In this document: positions 17,132 to 25,261 of the stretch, piece after piece
Layout: every line of letters starts with the position of its first letter
How positions within the stretch are numbered: position 1 is the first letter of the stretch
Assembly (NCBI GenBank): GCA_964561235.1
Contig: CAZLOV010000003.1
Location: forward strand, 1 to 45,904
Length of the DNA stretch: 45,904 nucleotides
Origin: an uncultured Caulobacterales bacterium
GTDB lineage: Bacteria > Pseudomonadota > Alphaproteobacteria > Caulobacterales > Maricaulaceae
Direction of reading: 5' to 3'
The notes under the pieces: model-generated
What the model saw: only the letters and a program-made list of their open reading frames with translations
What the model was told of the DNA's origin: nothing
Database searches by the model: none
Translations under genes and position numbers: made by a program

Positions 17132-18043
17132 TCATTTATTCTCCGGACGGACAAATGGCGGGGTAACCGCGATGATCCAGAGCTTCCGGAGTTTCGCCCA
17201 CCAGGCCAGCCCGTAGAGGAGCGGCGCCCGCCGCCGGCCGAATCTCGTCAGCGGGTGGGCATATCCGGCAAGGGGAGGCGGTCCGGCATGTCGCCACAGC
17301 TTCTTCAGGCCTGAAAGGGCGCCGGCGCCCCCCGCGGCGGCGTTCGGGATGAAGATGCCGGGATGTTCCGCCTTGAGCTGCTTCGCCCCTGCGGTGACCC
17401 GGGCTTCCTTGCGCATCAGCGCGCCGAACCCGCGCGGCGGGTGAATGACATAAGCGTCGGGCCGGAACCGCATGACGGCGCCGGCTTGTTCCGCGCGGCG
17501 TGCGAACTCCAGGTCGCCGCCCGACAACAACCCTCCGTCAAAGCGGCCGGCGCGTTCAAACAGCGCGCGCGTCACGGCGAGACAGGCGGTGAAGCCGTAA
17601 CGCTGCTGCTTGAAGGCCGCCGCGGAATTGAACTCGGTCAGACAGCTGTACATCTCCCCGAGCGTCCGGCAGGCCTCCGGTTCGATCCGGACGTCCGCAG
17701 CGACATAGTCCGCTGATGAGAGCGCATCCGCCATTGCGCCGAAAAATCCGTCGCCGAACCGGCAGTCGGCGTCGACGAAAACCAGAATGTCGCCGTGCGT
17801 CTCGGCGGCTCCGAGGTTTCGTGCAGCGTATGAACCGCTCTGGGGTTGCTGGATGATCTCGCGCACGCACCCGCCATGTTGCGCCACGACGGAGGAAACG
17901 CCGGCGTGGCCTCCGTCATTCACGACGACGGCGTCCAGCGCGATCTCCGCCGGCCAGGCGGTTGCGAGACTGTCGAGCGTGTCCGCCAGCCCGTCCGGAT
18001 CGTCGCCGCAGGGAATGATGAGGGTCCAAGAGCGCATCGGCAC
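17132..18043 (-). CDS. Family 2 glycosyltransferase
   Basis: LIIPCGDDPDGLADTLDSL, VVVNDGG, YAARNLGAAETHGDILVFVDADCRF (DxD). Convergent with the dehydrogenase gene, with 9 nt between the stops. Confidence 0.8.
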   Translation of the reverse strand: MPMRSWTLIIPCGDDPDGLADTLDSLATAWPAEIALDAVVVNDGGHAGVSSVVAQHGGCVREIIQQPQSGSYAARNLGAAETHGDILVFVDADCRFGDGFFGAMADALSSADYVAADVRIEPEACRTLGEMYSCLTEFNSAAAFKQQRYGFTACLAVTRALFERAGRFDGGLLSGGDLEFARRAEQAGAVMRFRPDAYVIHPPRGFGALMRKEARVTAGAKQLKAEHPGIFIPNAAAGGAGALSGLKKLWRHAGPPPLAGYAHPLTRFGRRRAPLLYGLAWWAKLRKLWIIAVTPPFVRPENK

Positions 18044-18134
18044 CCGATCTGTCGATCACTCTTCATAACCTAATGCCGGAGTCAGCGGCGCCCCTGCGGA
18101 CGGATCGTGTTGACGCTGCGCCGGTGCGCCCGTC

Positions 18135-19679
18135 CTAGTCCGCTTTCCTCAGCAGGGCTCCAGACCGGCGCATCATCGTTCCAGCCATGGACCAGGCGAT
18201 CTGCTCCAGCCCGTCCGGCTTGCCCGCAGCGCGCCAGGCGGCGAGCACGGCCAGCAGGTAGGCGCACAGGGCGGCTCCGCCCAGAACGCCTATGTAAACA
18301 AGGCTGCCGAGCGCGGTGCCGTCCCAGCTCAACAGTGCGCCAAGAGACATCAGAACCGTCAGCATCGCCGCAGCGCCGATGGCGGGACGCGAGAGCGCGC
18401 CCAGCTGCCGGACATACTCCACGCCTGTCAGGCGCTTTGCGACGATGATCGTCACGGGCCAAAGCAGCACGGCGACCACCAGGCGCGCTGCGACGGCCCC
18501 GATCATGCCGAAGCTGGCGAAGCCGATCACAAGCGCCGGGATGAAAAGGGCGAACTCCACCGCACCCATGGCGGCGGCGTAGTGGGTGCGGTGAAGGGCG
18601 ACGCACGCCGACATCACGACATGCTTCTGCACCGCGATGAGAACCGGCAGGGTCAACAGGCTGACCCAGAGACCGGCTTGTTCCCAGCCCGGCCCCAGAA
18701 GGAGATAGGTCGCCGGTTCTGCAAGTATGGAGAACGACAGCACGATCGGCGCGGTCACCAGCGTGATCGCGGTGATCGCCTTGATGTAAGCGCCGCTGAG
18801 CCTCTGCTTGGCGTCGCTGAGCGTGAAGGCGGCTGCGAACGGCCGCAGAACGGGTTGGGCAACGATCGTGAAGGGCAGGTGCGCCAACGTCGAGGCGATG
18901 AAGTAAGCGCCCAGCTCCGCTTCCGTGATCCGGCCGCCGAGATAGAGCTTGTCGAATTGCCACAGAAGGGCGGAGAAGACGAGATTGACCGTCAACCAGC
19001 CCGCGAACTCGAAGAAGAAGCGCCATTCCTTCATTCGCAGACGAGGGGCATAGGGCGCCCAGATAAATGACATCGCTCCGCCTGCAATCGGCGCGACGAC
19101 CGCCCCCAGGGCGATCGCCCAATAGCTGCCGGTGCTCCAAGCCAGCGTCAGCGACACGATGAAGGCGGCCAGCTTGCTCGACACCTCGATGAAGAGCTCC
19201 GGCCGGGCGTCGAGGCGCCGGCTGTAGAGGACCATGCGCGGGCTTCGCACCGAACGCGCCAGGGGTGCGATGGCGAGCACCAGGACGAGCGGCGCCAGAC
19301 GCGGGTCGTCATAAATCGCCGCCGCCGGAAAGGCGGCTGCGGCGAGGAGGATCGCGGTGAGCAGGCCGCGGCCCAGGCTCAGCGTGAAGGCGGTGTCGAT
19401 CATCCGGCGCTGCAGCGGGCGCGCGCGCAGCAACGCCGCATAGAACGGAACCTCGAAAACCGTTTCGAGGATTTGCATCATCACGACCGCGATCGCGACC
19501 AGGCCGAAATCTTCCGGTGTCAGGAGCCGCGCGAGAAGCGTGATCGAGACAAGGTCGATGATCCGTGCGGCGAAGCGCGCGGCGATGAAACCGCCGCTTG
19601 CGGCCGTGGTGCGTTTTGCGATGGCTTGACGCCGCGACATGAGGGGCTGCTGGCTCCGTTCGGAGTAGGACGAGGGCAC
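18135..19679 (-). CDS. wzx: Polysaccharide/oligosaccharide flippase (MOP superfamily, Wzx-like)
   Basis: 514 aa with about 12-14 TM segments. The N-terminal pattern AARFAARIIDLVSITLLARLLTPEDFGLVAIAVVMM is typical of polysaccharide biosynthesis (PF01943/PF13440-type) proteins. An alternative ATG start is at 19640. Confidence 0.75.
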   Translation of the reverse strand: MPSSYSERSQQPLMSRRQAIAKRTTAASGGFIAARFAARIIDLVSITLLARLLTPEDFGLVAIAVVMMQILETVFEVPFYAALLRARPLQRRMIDTAFTLSLGRGLLTAILLAAAAFPAAAIYDDPRLAPLVLVLAIAPLARSVRSPRMVLYSRRLDARPELFIEVSSKLAAFIVSLTLAWSTGSYWAIALGAVVAPIAGGAMSFIWAPYAPRLRMKEWRFFFEFAGWLTVNLVFSALLWQFDKLYLGGRITEAELGAYFIASTLAHLPFTIVAQPVLRPFAAAFTLSDAKQRLSGAYIKAITAITLVTAPIVLSFSILAEPATYLLLGPGWEQAGLWVSLLTLPVLIAVQKHVVMSACVALHRTHYAAAMGAVEFALFIPALVIGFASFGMIGAVAARLVVAVLLWPVTIIVAKRLTGVEYVRQLGALSRPAIGAAAMLTVLMSLGALLSWDGTALGSLVYIGVLGGAALCAYLLAVLAAWRAAGKPDGLEQIAWSMAGTMMRRSGALLRKAD

Positions 19680-19917
19680 GGGTCTCGCGCGGCGGCGCCG
19701 GCCGGATGCCCGGAGAGAGACGTCCCGGATTCATTCAAAATCGGCGCCGCGCGGCGTCATCAGAGTGTTGCGGCTCGTGGTTTAGCTTCCTTTTCAGGCG
19801 GCTCGTCCAGCAATGAAAGCAGAATACCGATTTTGACCCTGAAGCCATGTGAATTGGTGCGTTCATTGCTTACATCGAAGGTAACGCCAGAGGGCGTCAG
19901 GATGCAGGACTTGTGCG
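19680..19917. promoter_or_regulatory. Divergent intergenic region between wzx (-) and the PRT-HAD gene (+), presumed promoters
   Basis: A 238-nt non-coding spacer between divergently oriented genes, visibly less GC-rich than its surroundings. No consensus promoter elements could be assigned. Confidence 0.35.
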
Positions 19918-20892
19918 ATGATCTACAAATCGTACGCGGACATGGCCGTCTCGATCCGCAACGGTCGCGGCCGATTGCCCGCGAAGATAGATCTTGTCGT
20001 CGGCGTTCCGCGCAGCGGGATGGCGCCGGCGACGTTTCTCTCAGTGCTGCTGAACGCGCCGCTCGCGGATGTGGACGGCTTCATCAACGACCGGCTCCTC
20101 GAGGCGGGATCGACGAAGGTCCGGCCGGACTTCGAAGCCGCGCTTTCGGCGGATCGCTGCGTTCTCGTCATTGACGATTGCGTCGGCGCGGGCGCGTCCA
20201 TCCGCGAAATCCGGCGGCGCATCGAGGCGTCAGGCAAGCCCGGCCGCATCGTCTATTGCGCCGTCTACGCCATGACCGATCCCCATCCGGACGTGGATAT
20301 TGTGCTCGACATGGTCCCGCACCGTCCGCTGTTTGAATGGAACTTCATGCACAGCACGCTGTTGGCGAACGCGTGCTGCGATATTGATGGGGTTTTGTGC
20401 CCGAACGTGCCGCCTGCGGTTCAGCAGCAGGAAGCGCTCTATGCGGAGTATCTGAGAGAGACCCCGCCGCTATTGACCCCCAGCCGCAAGGTGGGCGTGC
20501 TGATTACGGGCCGCCGGGAAGCCTATCGCAGCGTGACCGAAGACTGGACGCGCCGTAACCGGGTCTCGTACGACGAACTCGTCATGGTGGGCGACGCAAG
20601 CGAAAGCCACGGCGAGGCGAAAGCCAGATACTACGCGCAGTCGCCGCACAGCCTTTTCATTGAGAGCGAGTATGTGCAGGCCACCGCCATTGCAGACATG
20701 TCGGGAAAGCCTGTGATCTGCATTGAAACAAATGAACTTCTGATCAAGGGGTCTTTCAGCCGTTCGGCCCGTGATCTCGTGAGTTCATCTGCAATCTCCC
20801 GCTGGAAGCTTTGGCTGCGCCAGCTTCTCGGCAATGAAGCCTATCACATGGCGAAACGCCTGGCTGGACGCCGACCCTCGCGCACATCCTGA
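19918..20892 (+). CDS. Two-domain protein: type I phosphoribosyltransferase-like N-domain fused to HAD-superfamily phosphatase-like C-domain
   Basis: N-domain: VVGVPRSGMAPATF and the PRPP-loop-like CVLVIDDCVGAGASIREI. C-domain: HAD motif I CCDIDGVLC (DxDGV), motif II-like VLITGRRE, motif IV-like LVMVGDASES. Confidence 0.7.
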   Translation: MIYKSYADMAVSIRNGRGRLPAKIDLVVGVPRSGMAPATFLSVLLNAPLADVDGFINDRLLEAGSTKVRPDFEAALSADRCVLVIDDCVGAGASIREIRRRIEASGKPGRIVYCAVYAMTDPHPDVDIVLDMVPHRPLFEWNFMHSTLLANACCDIDGVLCPNVPPAVQQQEALYAEYLRETPPLLTPSRKVGVLITGRREAYRSVTEDWTRRNRVSYDELVMVGDASESHGEAKARYYAQSPHSLFIESEYVQATAIADMSGKPVICIETNELLIKGSFSRSARDLVSSSAISRWKLWLRQLLGNEAYHMAKRLAGRRPSRTS

Positions 20893-21200
20893 TCAAGACC
20901 GCTAAGGCGCCGGATGCTCCACGTTGGAGGGCGCTGATGTCCGCAGAGCGAGGGCGAGGCGTTTGAGCGGGCGTCGCGATCCACGCGCCCGGCTGAGCAG
21001 CCGGCTCGAAAGCGCTTTGGCGGGTGACGGTCGCGTTGCGTATTGCACGCGCAGCCGCCGGTCCGGAATCCTTTTCATCCGTCCTGCGCTCTGAGTCCGC
21101 GATGCTGATTCGCACTTCAGGTCCATCTCCTGCTGGCATGTCGGTTGCAGTCCGCCTACAAGGATGACGCCATAATTAAAGTGGGTTTTGGGGGGACTTC

Positions 21201-22160
21201 GTGAACGACGAGCATGCAACAAACGGGGTCGGGCCACGCGTGACGCTGGCGATGCCGGTCTATAACGGCGAGCGCTATATCCGCGAGGCGATCGACTCGC
21301 TCCTCGGTCAGACTTTTCCCGATTTTGAACTGGTCATTACAGACAACGCCTCTGAAGACGCCACGCGCGACATCTGTGAGGCTTATGCAGCGTCGGATTC
21401 GCGCGTTCGTTATGTGCGCAATCCGGAGAATCTTGGCGCGGCGAAAAACTATAATCGCGGCTACGAACTGTCGCGCGGCGAATATCTCAAATGGTGCGCG
21501 CACGACGATATTGTCAGCGAAAATTACGTTGAAGCCTGCGTGGAGGCGCTTGACTCGGTTCCGACGGCCTCTGTCGCGTTCGGCCAGACAATAACGATCG
21601 ACGACGACGGAGAGATCATCCCGGAGGATCGACACGACTGGGTTGATGCTGTCGAGTTGCTTGATCCGGTTCCGCGCAATCGATTTCTGAAATCACTCCG
21701 GACGATGGGCACTTGCTTTCCCATCTTCGGATTGTTCCGCAAGTCGATGCTCGACAAAACAAGCCTTCATCGGCCGTTTTACGGTTCCGACCGGACATTG
21801 CTGTCCGAGACCGCCTTGCTGGGCGAATGGCTTCGTGTCGAGCAGGCGGTCTTCTACAATCGCGATCACCGCAAGCGGTCGATGCGCATCGTCGATCCGG
21901 CCGTGCGCGCCGCATGGCAGAACGGTCAAGCCAGCCGCCTCGCCACCGCCTCGCGCATCTCGCTCGCCATGCACCTCTGGGAGATCGCCGGGCGCCATCC
22001 CGATCTGAGCCCCGTCGGCCGGACGAGAATGGCGGCGCTCTCGCATATTGTTGAGCCGGGGAATCTCAGACGATACGCGCCGGAAGTGGTTCGTCTCGTG
22101 GCTCCGGGGATCATGGACCTGATCAAGGGTCGCAGAGCTTCCGCCAATCAGGACCAGTAG
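21201..22160 (+). CDS. Family 2 glycosyltransferase
   Basis: VTLAMPVYNGERYIREAIDSLLGQTFPDFELVITDNASEDAT, NPENLGAAKNYN, YLKWCAHDD (DxD-type). GTG start preceded by GGGGGGA. Confidence 0.8.
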   Translation: MNDEHATNGVGPRVTLAMPVYNGERYIREAIDSLLGQTFPDFELVITDNASEDATRDICEAYAASDSRVRYVRNPENLGAAKNYNRGYELSRGEYLKWCAHDDIVSENYVEACVEALDSVPTASVAFGQTITIDDDGEIIPEDRHDWVDAVELLDPVPRNRFLKSLRTMGTCFPIFGLFRKSMLDKTSLHRPFYGSDRTLLSETALLGEWLRVEQAVFYNRDHRKRSMRIVDPAVRAAWQNGQASRLATASRISLAMHLWEIAGRHPDLSPVGRTRMAALSHIVEPGNLRRYAPEVVRLVAPGIMDLIKGRRASANQDQ

Positions 22161-22162
22161 CC

Positions 22163-22939
22163 ATGAAAGTCGGTATTCTAGCTGGCGGATTGGGCTCGCG
22201 CCTCGCCGAGGAGACCGGCCTGCGGCCCAAGCCCATGGTCGAGATCGGCGGCATGCCGATCCTCTGGCACATCATGCAGATCTATTCCGCTCAGGGTTTC
22301 AACGAGTTCTGCATCGCGCTCGGCTACAAGGGCGAGTACGTCAAGAGCTGGTTCAAGGACTACATGACCGGCGCGGGATCGCTCTCGATCGACACGCGCT
22401 CCGGCGAGGTCGTCGCGCATCGCGACTGCCACATTCCCGACTGGCGCGTGGATCTGGTCGAGACGGGCGCGTCGACCCTGACCGGCGGGCGCATCAAGCG
22501 CCTGCAGCACTGGCTCGGCGAGGGGACCTGCATGGTGACCTGGGGCGACGGCGTCGCCGACATCGACCTGAAGGCGCTGCTCGATTTCCACCGCTCGCAC
22601 GGCAAGCTCTGCACGCTGACGGCGGTGCGGCCGCCCGCACGCTACGGCCATCTCGACATCCAGGGCGCCCAGATCACCAGCTTCACCGAGAAGCCCCAGA
22701 TCGGGGAGGGCTGGATCAACGGCGCGTTCTTCGTGCTGGAGCCGGGCGTGTTCGACTATATCGACGGCGACGACGTAATGTTCGAACACGCGCCGCTCTC
22801 CCGCCTCGCCGCCGACGGCCAGCTGATGGCCTACAAGCATGAAAGCTTCTGGCAGTGCATGGACACCATGCGCGAGAAGCAGATCCTCAACGATCTCTGG
22901 GCCGGCGGCGCCGCGCCCTGGAAACTCTGGAGCGAATAA
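22163..22939 (+). CDS. rfbF: Glucose-1-phosphate cytidylyltransferase
   Basis: MKVGILAGGLGSRLAEETGLRPKPMVEIGGMPILWHIMQIYSAQGFNEFCIALGYKGEYVK, near-canonical for RfbF. C-terminal FWQCMDTMREK. Confidence 0.9.
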   Translation: MKVGILAGGLGSRLAEETGLRPKPMVEIGGMPILWHIMQIYSAQGFNEFCIALGYKGEYVKSWFKDYMTGAGSLSIDTRSGEVVAHRDCHIPDWRVDLVETGASTLTGGRIKRLQHWLGEGTCMVTWGDGVADIDLKALLDFHRSHGKLCTLTAVRPPARYGHLDIQGAQITSFTEKPQIGEGWINGAFFVLEPGVFDYIDGDDVMFEHAPLSRLAADGQLMAYKHESFWQCMDTMREKQILNDLWAGGAAPWKLWSE

Positions 22940-22942
22940 GCC

Positions 22943-23992
22943 GTGAACGTCCTCCTCACCGGTCATCTGGGTTACATCGGCACCGTGCTGACGCCGCTCC
23001 TTCTTGAGGGCGGACACGACGTGTCGGGACTGGACAGCGATCTCTTCGCCGCCTGCACCTTCGAAGGCGAAATCGTCGACATACCTTGCGTCGGCGGCGA
23101 CGTCCGGCGCTTCACCGCCAACGCGGAAGCGGCCGTGGAGACGCTGTCGCGGTTCGACGCGGTGATCCACCTCGCCGGCCTGTCGAACGATCCGCTTGGC
23201 GACTACCGTCCGGAACTCACCCGCGAGATCAACGCGACGGCTTCGATCCGACTGGCCGAACTGGCCAAGCGCGCGGGCGTCTCGCGCTTCCTGTTTGCGT
23301 CGAGCTGTTCGAATTACGGCGCATCGGGCGACGATTTCATCGATGAAGGCGGCGTGTTCAATCCGGTCACGCCCTACGGCGTTTCCAAGGTCGAGGTGGA
23401 GCAGGCGGTCTCCGCGCTGGCCGATGAGCGTTTCAGCCCGCCCTTCCTGCGCGCCTCGACCGCCTATGGTCTCAGCCCGCGGCTTCGTTTCGACCTGGTG
23501 GTCAACAATCTCACCGCCTGGGCCTTCACGACCGGCGAGGTGCATCTAAAGAGCGACGGCAGCCCCTGGCGTCCGATCGTGCATGTGCGCGACATCGCGC
23601 ACGCCTACCGCGTGATCCTCGAAGCCGATCGCGCCGACGTGCACGCGCAGGCGTTCAATATCGGCCAGACGAGCGAGAACTATCAGATCCGCGAAATCGC
23701 CGAGATCGTGCGCGACGTCGTGCCGGGCGCGCGTCTTGGTTTCGCCAGCGACGCAGGGCCCGATGCTCGCAATTACCGGGTCGATTGCAATCATATCGCC
23801 CGGCGCCTGCGCGGCTGGAAGCCGCAATGGACCTGCCGCCGCGGCGTCGAGGAGCTCTACGACGCCTATGTCCGCACCGGCGTCACGCTCGACGAGTTCG
23901 AAGGCGAGCGCTACCGCCGCATCTCGCACGTGAAGAAGCTGATCGCCACGGGCGCGCTCTCGCCCGATCTGCAGCGTCTGGAGACCGTGTGA
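22943..23992 (+). CDS. NAD-dependent epimerase/dehydratase (extended SDR)
   Basis: Rossmann motif VLLTGHLGYIGTVL and catalytic YGVSK. It does not show the motif pattern I associate with RfbG-type CDP-glucose 4,6-dehydratases, so the exact activity is unassigned. Confidence 0.75.
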   Translation: MNVLLTGHLGYIGTVLTPLLLEGGHDVSGLDSDLFAACTFEGEIVDIPCVGGDVRRFTANAEAAVETLSRFDAVIHLAGLSNDPLGDYRPELTREINATASIRLAELAKRAGVSRFLFASSCSNYGASGDDFIDEGGVFNPVTPYGVSKVEVEQAVSALADERFSPPFLRASTAYGLSPRLRFDLVVNNLTAWAFTTGEVHLKSDGSPWRPIVHVRDIAHAYRVILEADRADVHAQAFNIGQTSENYQIREIAEIVRDVVPGARLGFASDAGPDARNYRVDCNHIARRLRGWKPQWTCRRGVEELYDAYVRTGVTLDEFEGERYRRISHVKKLIATGALSPDLQRLETV

Positions 23993-23996
23993 GGCC

Positions 23997-25247
23997 ATGA
24001 CCGGACCTGTCCAATCCACCTCGCGCACCGAGACCGCCTGCCGCTCCTGCGGGTCGGCGTCGCTCTCGCCGGTGCTCGACCTGGGCCGCACGCCGCTCGC
24101 CGACCGGCTGATCGATCCCGCGCGCGCAGGCGAACCGGAGCCGGTGTTTCCGCTGAAGGTCGTCTTCTGCGAGGACTGCACCCTCGTGCAGATCACTGAA
24201 ACGGTGGCGCCGGAAATCCTCTTTGCGGACGCGTATCCGTATTATTCGAGCTTCTCGCCCGCCTTGCTGGCGCATTCGCGCGCCAACGCGCTCGACCGCC
24301 TGGCCGAACGCCGGCTCGGACCGGACAGCCTGGTCGTCGAGCTGGCGAGCAATGACGGCTATCTGCTCAAGAACTACGTCGAGGCCGGCGTGCCCGTGCT
24401 TGGAATCGATCCCGCCGAAGGGCCTGTGAAGGCCGCGCGCGAGGCCGGGGTGCGCACGGAGCTCGCCTTCTTCACCCGCAGCCTCGCCGAGCGCCTCGCC
24501 GCCGAAGGGGTCCGCGCCGACATCGTCCACGCCAACAACGTGCTGGCTCACGTGGCCGACACGAACGGCTTCGTCGCCGGGATCGCCGCGCTCCTGAAGG
24601 ACGACGGCGTGGCGGTGATCGAGGCGCCTTATCTCAAGCCTCTGATCGATCACGTTGAATTCGACACGATCTATCATGAGCACCTGTGCTATTTCTCGGT
24701 CACCGCGCTGGATGCGCTGTTCCGCCGGCACGGTCTTCATCTCAACCGCATCGAGCATCTCGCCATCCATGGCGGGTCGCTGCGCCTGTTCGTGGAGACG
24801 CGCGAAGACAAGCAATCCAGCGTGCTGGATCAGCTCGCGCTCGAGACGGCCGAGGGTCTCGATCGTCTGGCGTATTTCCTCGATTTCTCCGACCGCGTCG
24901 CTGCGCTGCGCGACCGGCTGACCTCGGAGCTTGCCCGTCTGAAGGGCGAAGGCGCCCGGATCGCCGCCTACGGCGCGGCGGCGAAGGGTGCGACCATGCT
25001 GAATTTCTGCGGCGTCGGCGCCGATGCGCTGGACTTCGTGGTCGACCGCAACGTGCACAAGCAGGGCAAGCTGATGCCCGGCGCCCGGCTTCCGGTGCTT
25101 CCGCCCGAGGCCTTGCTGGAGCGCCGGCCGGATTACACGCTCGTGCTCGCCTGGAATTTCGCAGACGAAATCCTGGAGCAGCAGGCGGCCTACCGCGAGG
25201 CGGGCGGCCGCTTCATCATTCCCGTTCCCGAATTTCACATCGTCTGA
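23997..25247 (+). CDS. SAM-dependent NDP-hexose C-methyltransferase-like protein (TylCIII architecture)
   Basis: N-terminal Cys4 ribbon (CRSCGS ... CEDCTLVQ), then ADAYPYYSSFSP, SAM motif VVELASNDGYLL, and a C-terminal C-methyltransferase-type domain (IAAYGAAAKGATMLNFCG ... FVVDRNVHKQGKLMPG). Confidence 0.8.
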   Translation: MTGPVQSTSRTETACRSCGSASLSPVLDLGRTPLADRLIDPARAGEPEPVFPLKVVFCEDCTLVQITETVAPEILFADAYPYYSSFSPALLAHSRANALDRLAERRLGPDSLVVELASNDGYLLKNYVEAGVPVLGIDPAEGPVKAAREAGVRTELAFFTRSLAERLAAEGVRADIVHANNVLAHVADTNGFVAGIAALLKDDGVAVIEAPYLKPLIDHVEFDTIYHEHLCYFSVTALDALFRRHGLHLNRIEHLAIHGGSLRLFVETREDKQSSVLDQLALETAEGLDRLAYFLDFSDRVAALRDRLTSELARLKGEGARIAAYGAAAKGATMLNFCGVGADALDFVVDRNVHKQGKLMPGARLPVLPPEALLERRPDYTLVLAWNFADEILEQQAAYREAGGRFIIPVPEFHIV

Positions 25248-25261
25248 TCCGGAGAGACGCC

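Noticed and set aside
20893-21200. The 308-nt gap, examined for a small RNA, tRNA or hidden gene (track ORFs 20756-21139(-) and 20902-21237(-)).
   Set aside because: I found no cloverleaf-like structure, no conserved-looking hairpins and no plausible protein; both ORFs are Arg/Ser/Pro-rich. It is kept only as part of the compositional-anomaly finding.
24686-25261. N-terminal extensions offered by the ORF track. Examples: the 599-aa version of the second methyltransferase, and the 719, 14278, 29862, 37811 and 43229 starts on the plus strand. On the minus strand, the 4613 and 5302 starts for the cytochrome c and DUF308 genes.
   Set aside because: The extensions overlap the preceding gene or are Arg/Pro-rich and lack homology-like features. 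Internal starts with RBS-like purine runs or overlap-coupled ATGA/GTGA give proteins that begin where the family N-termini normally begin.
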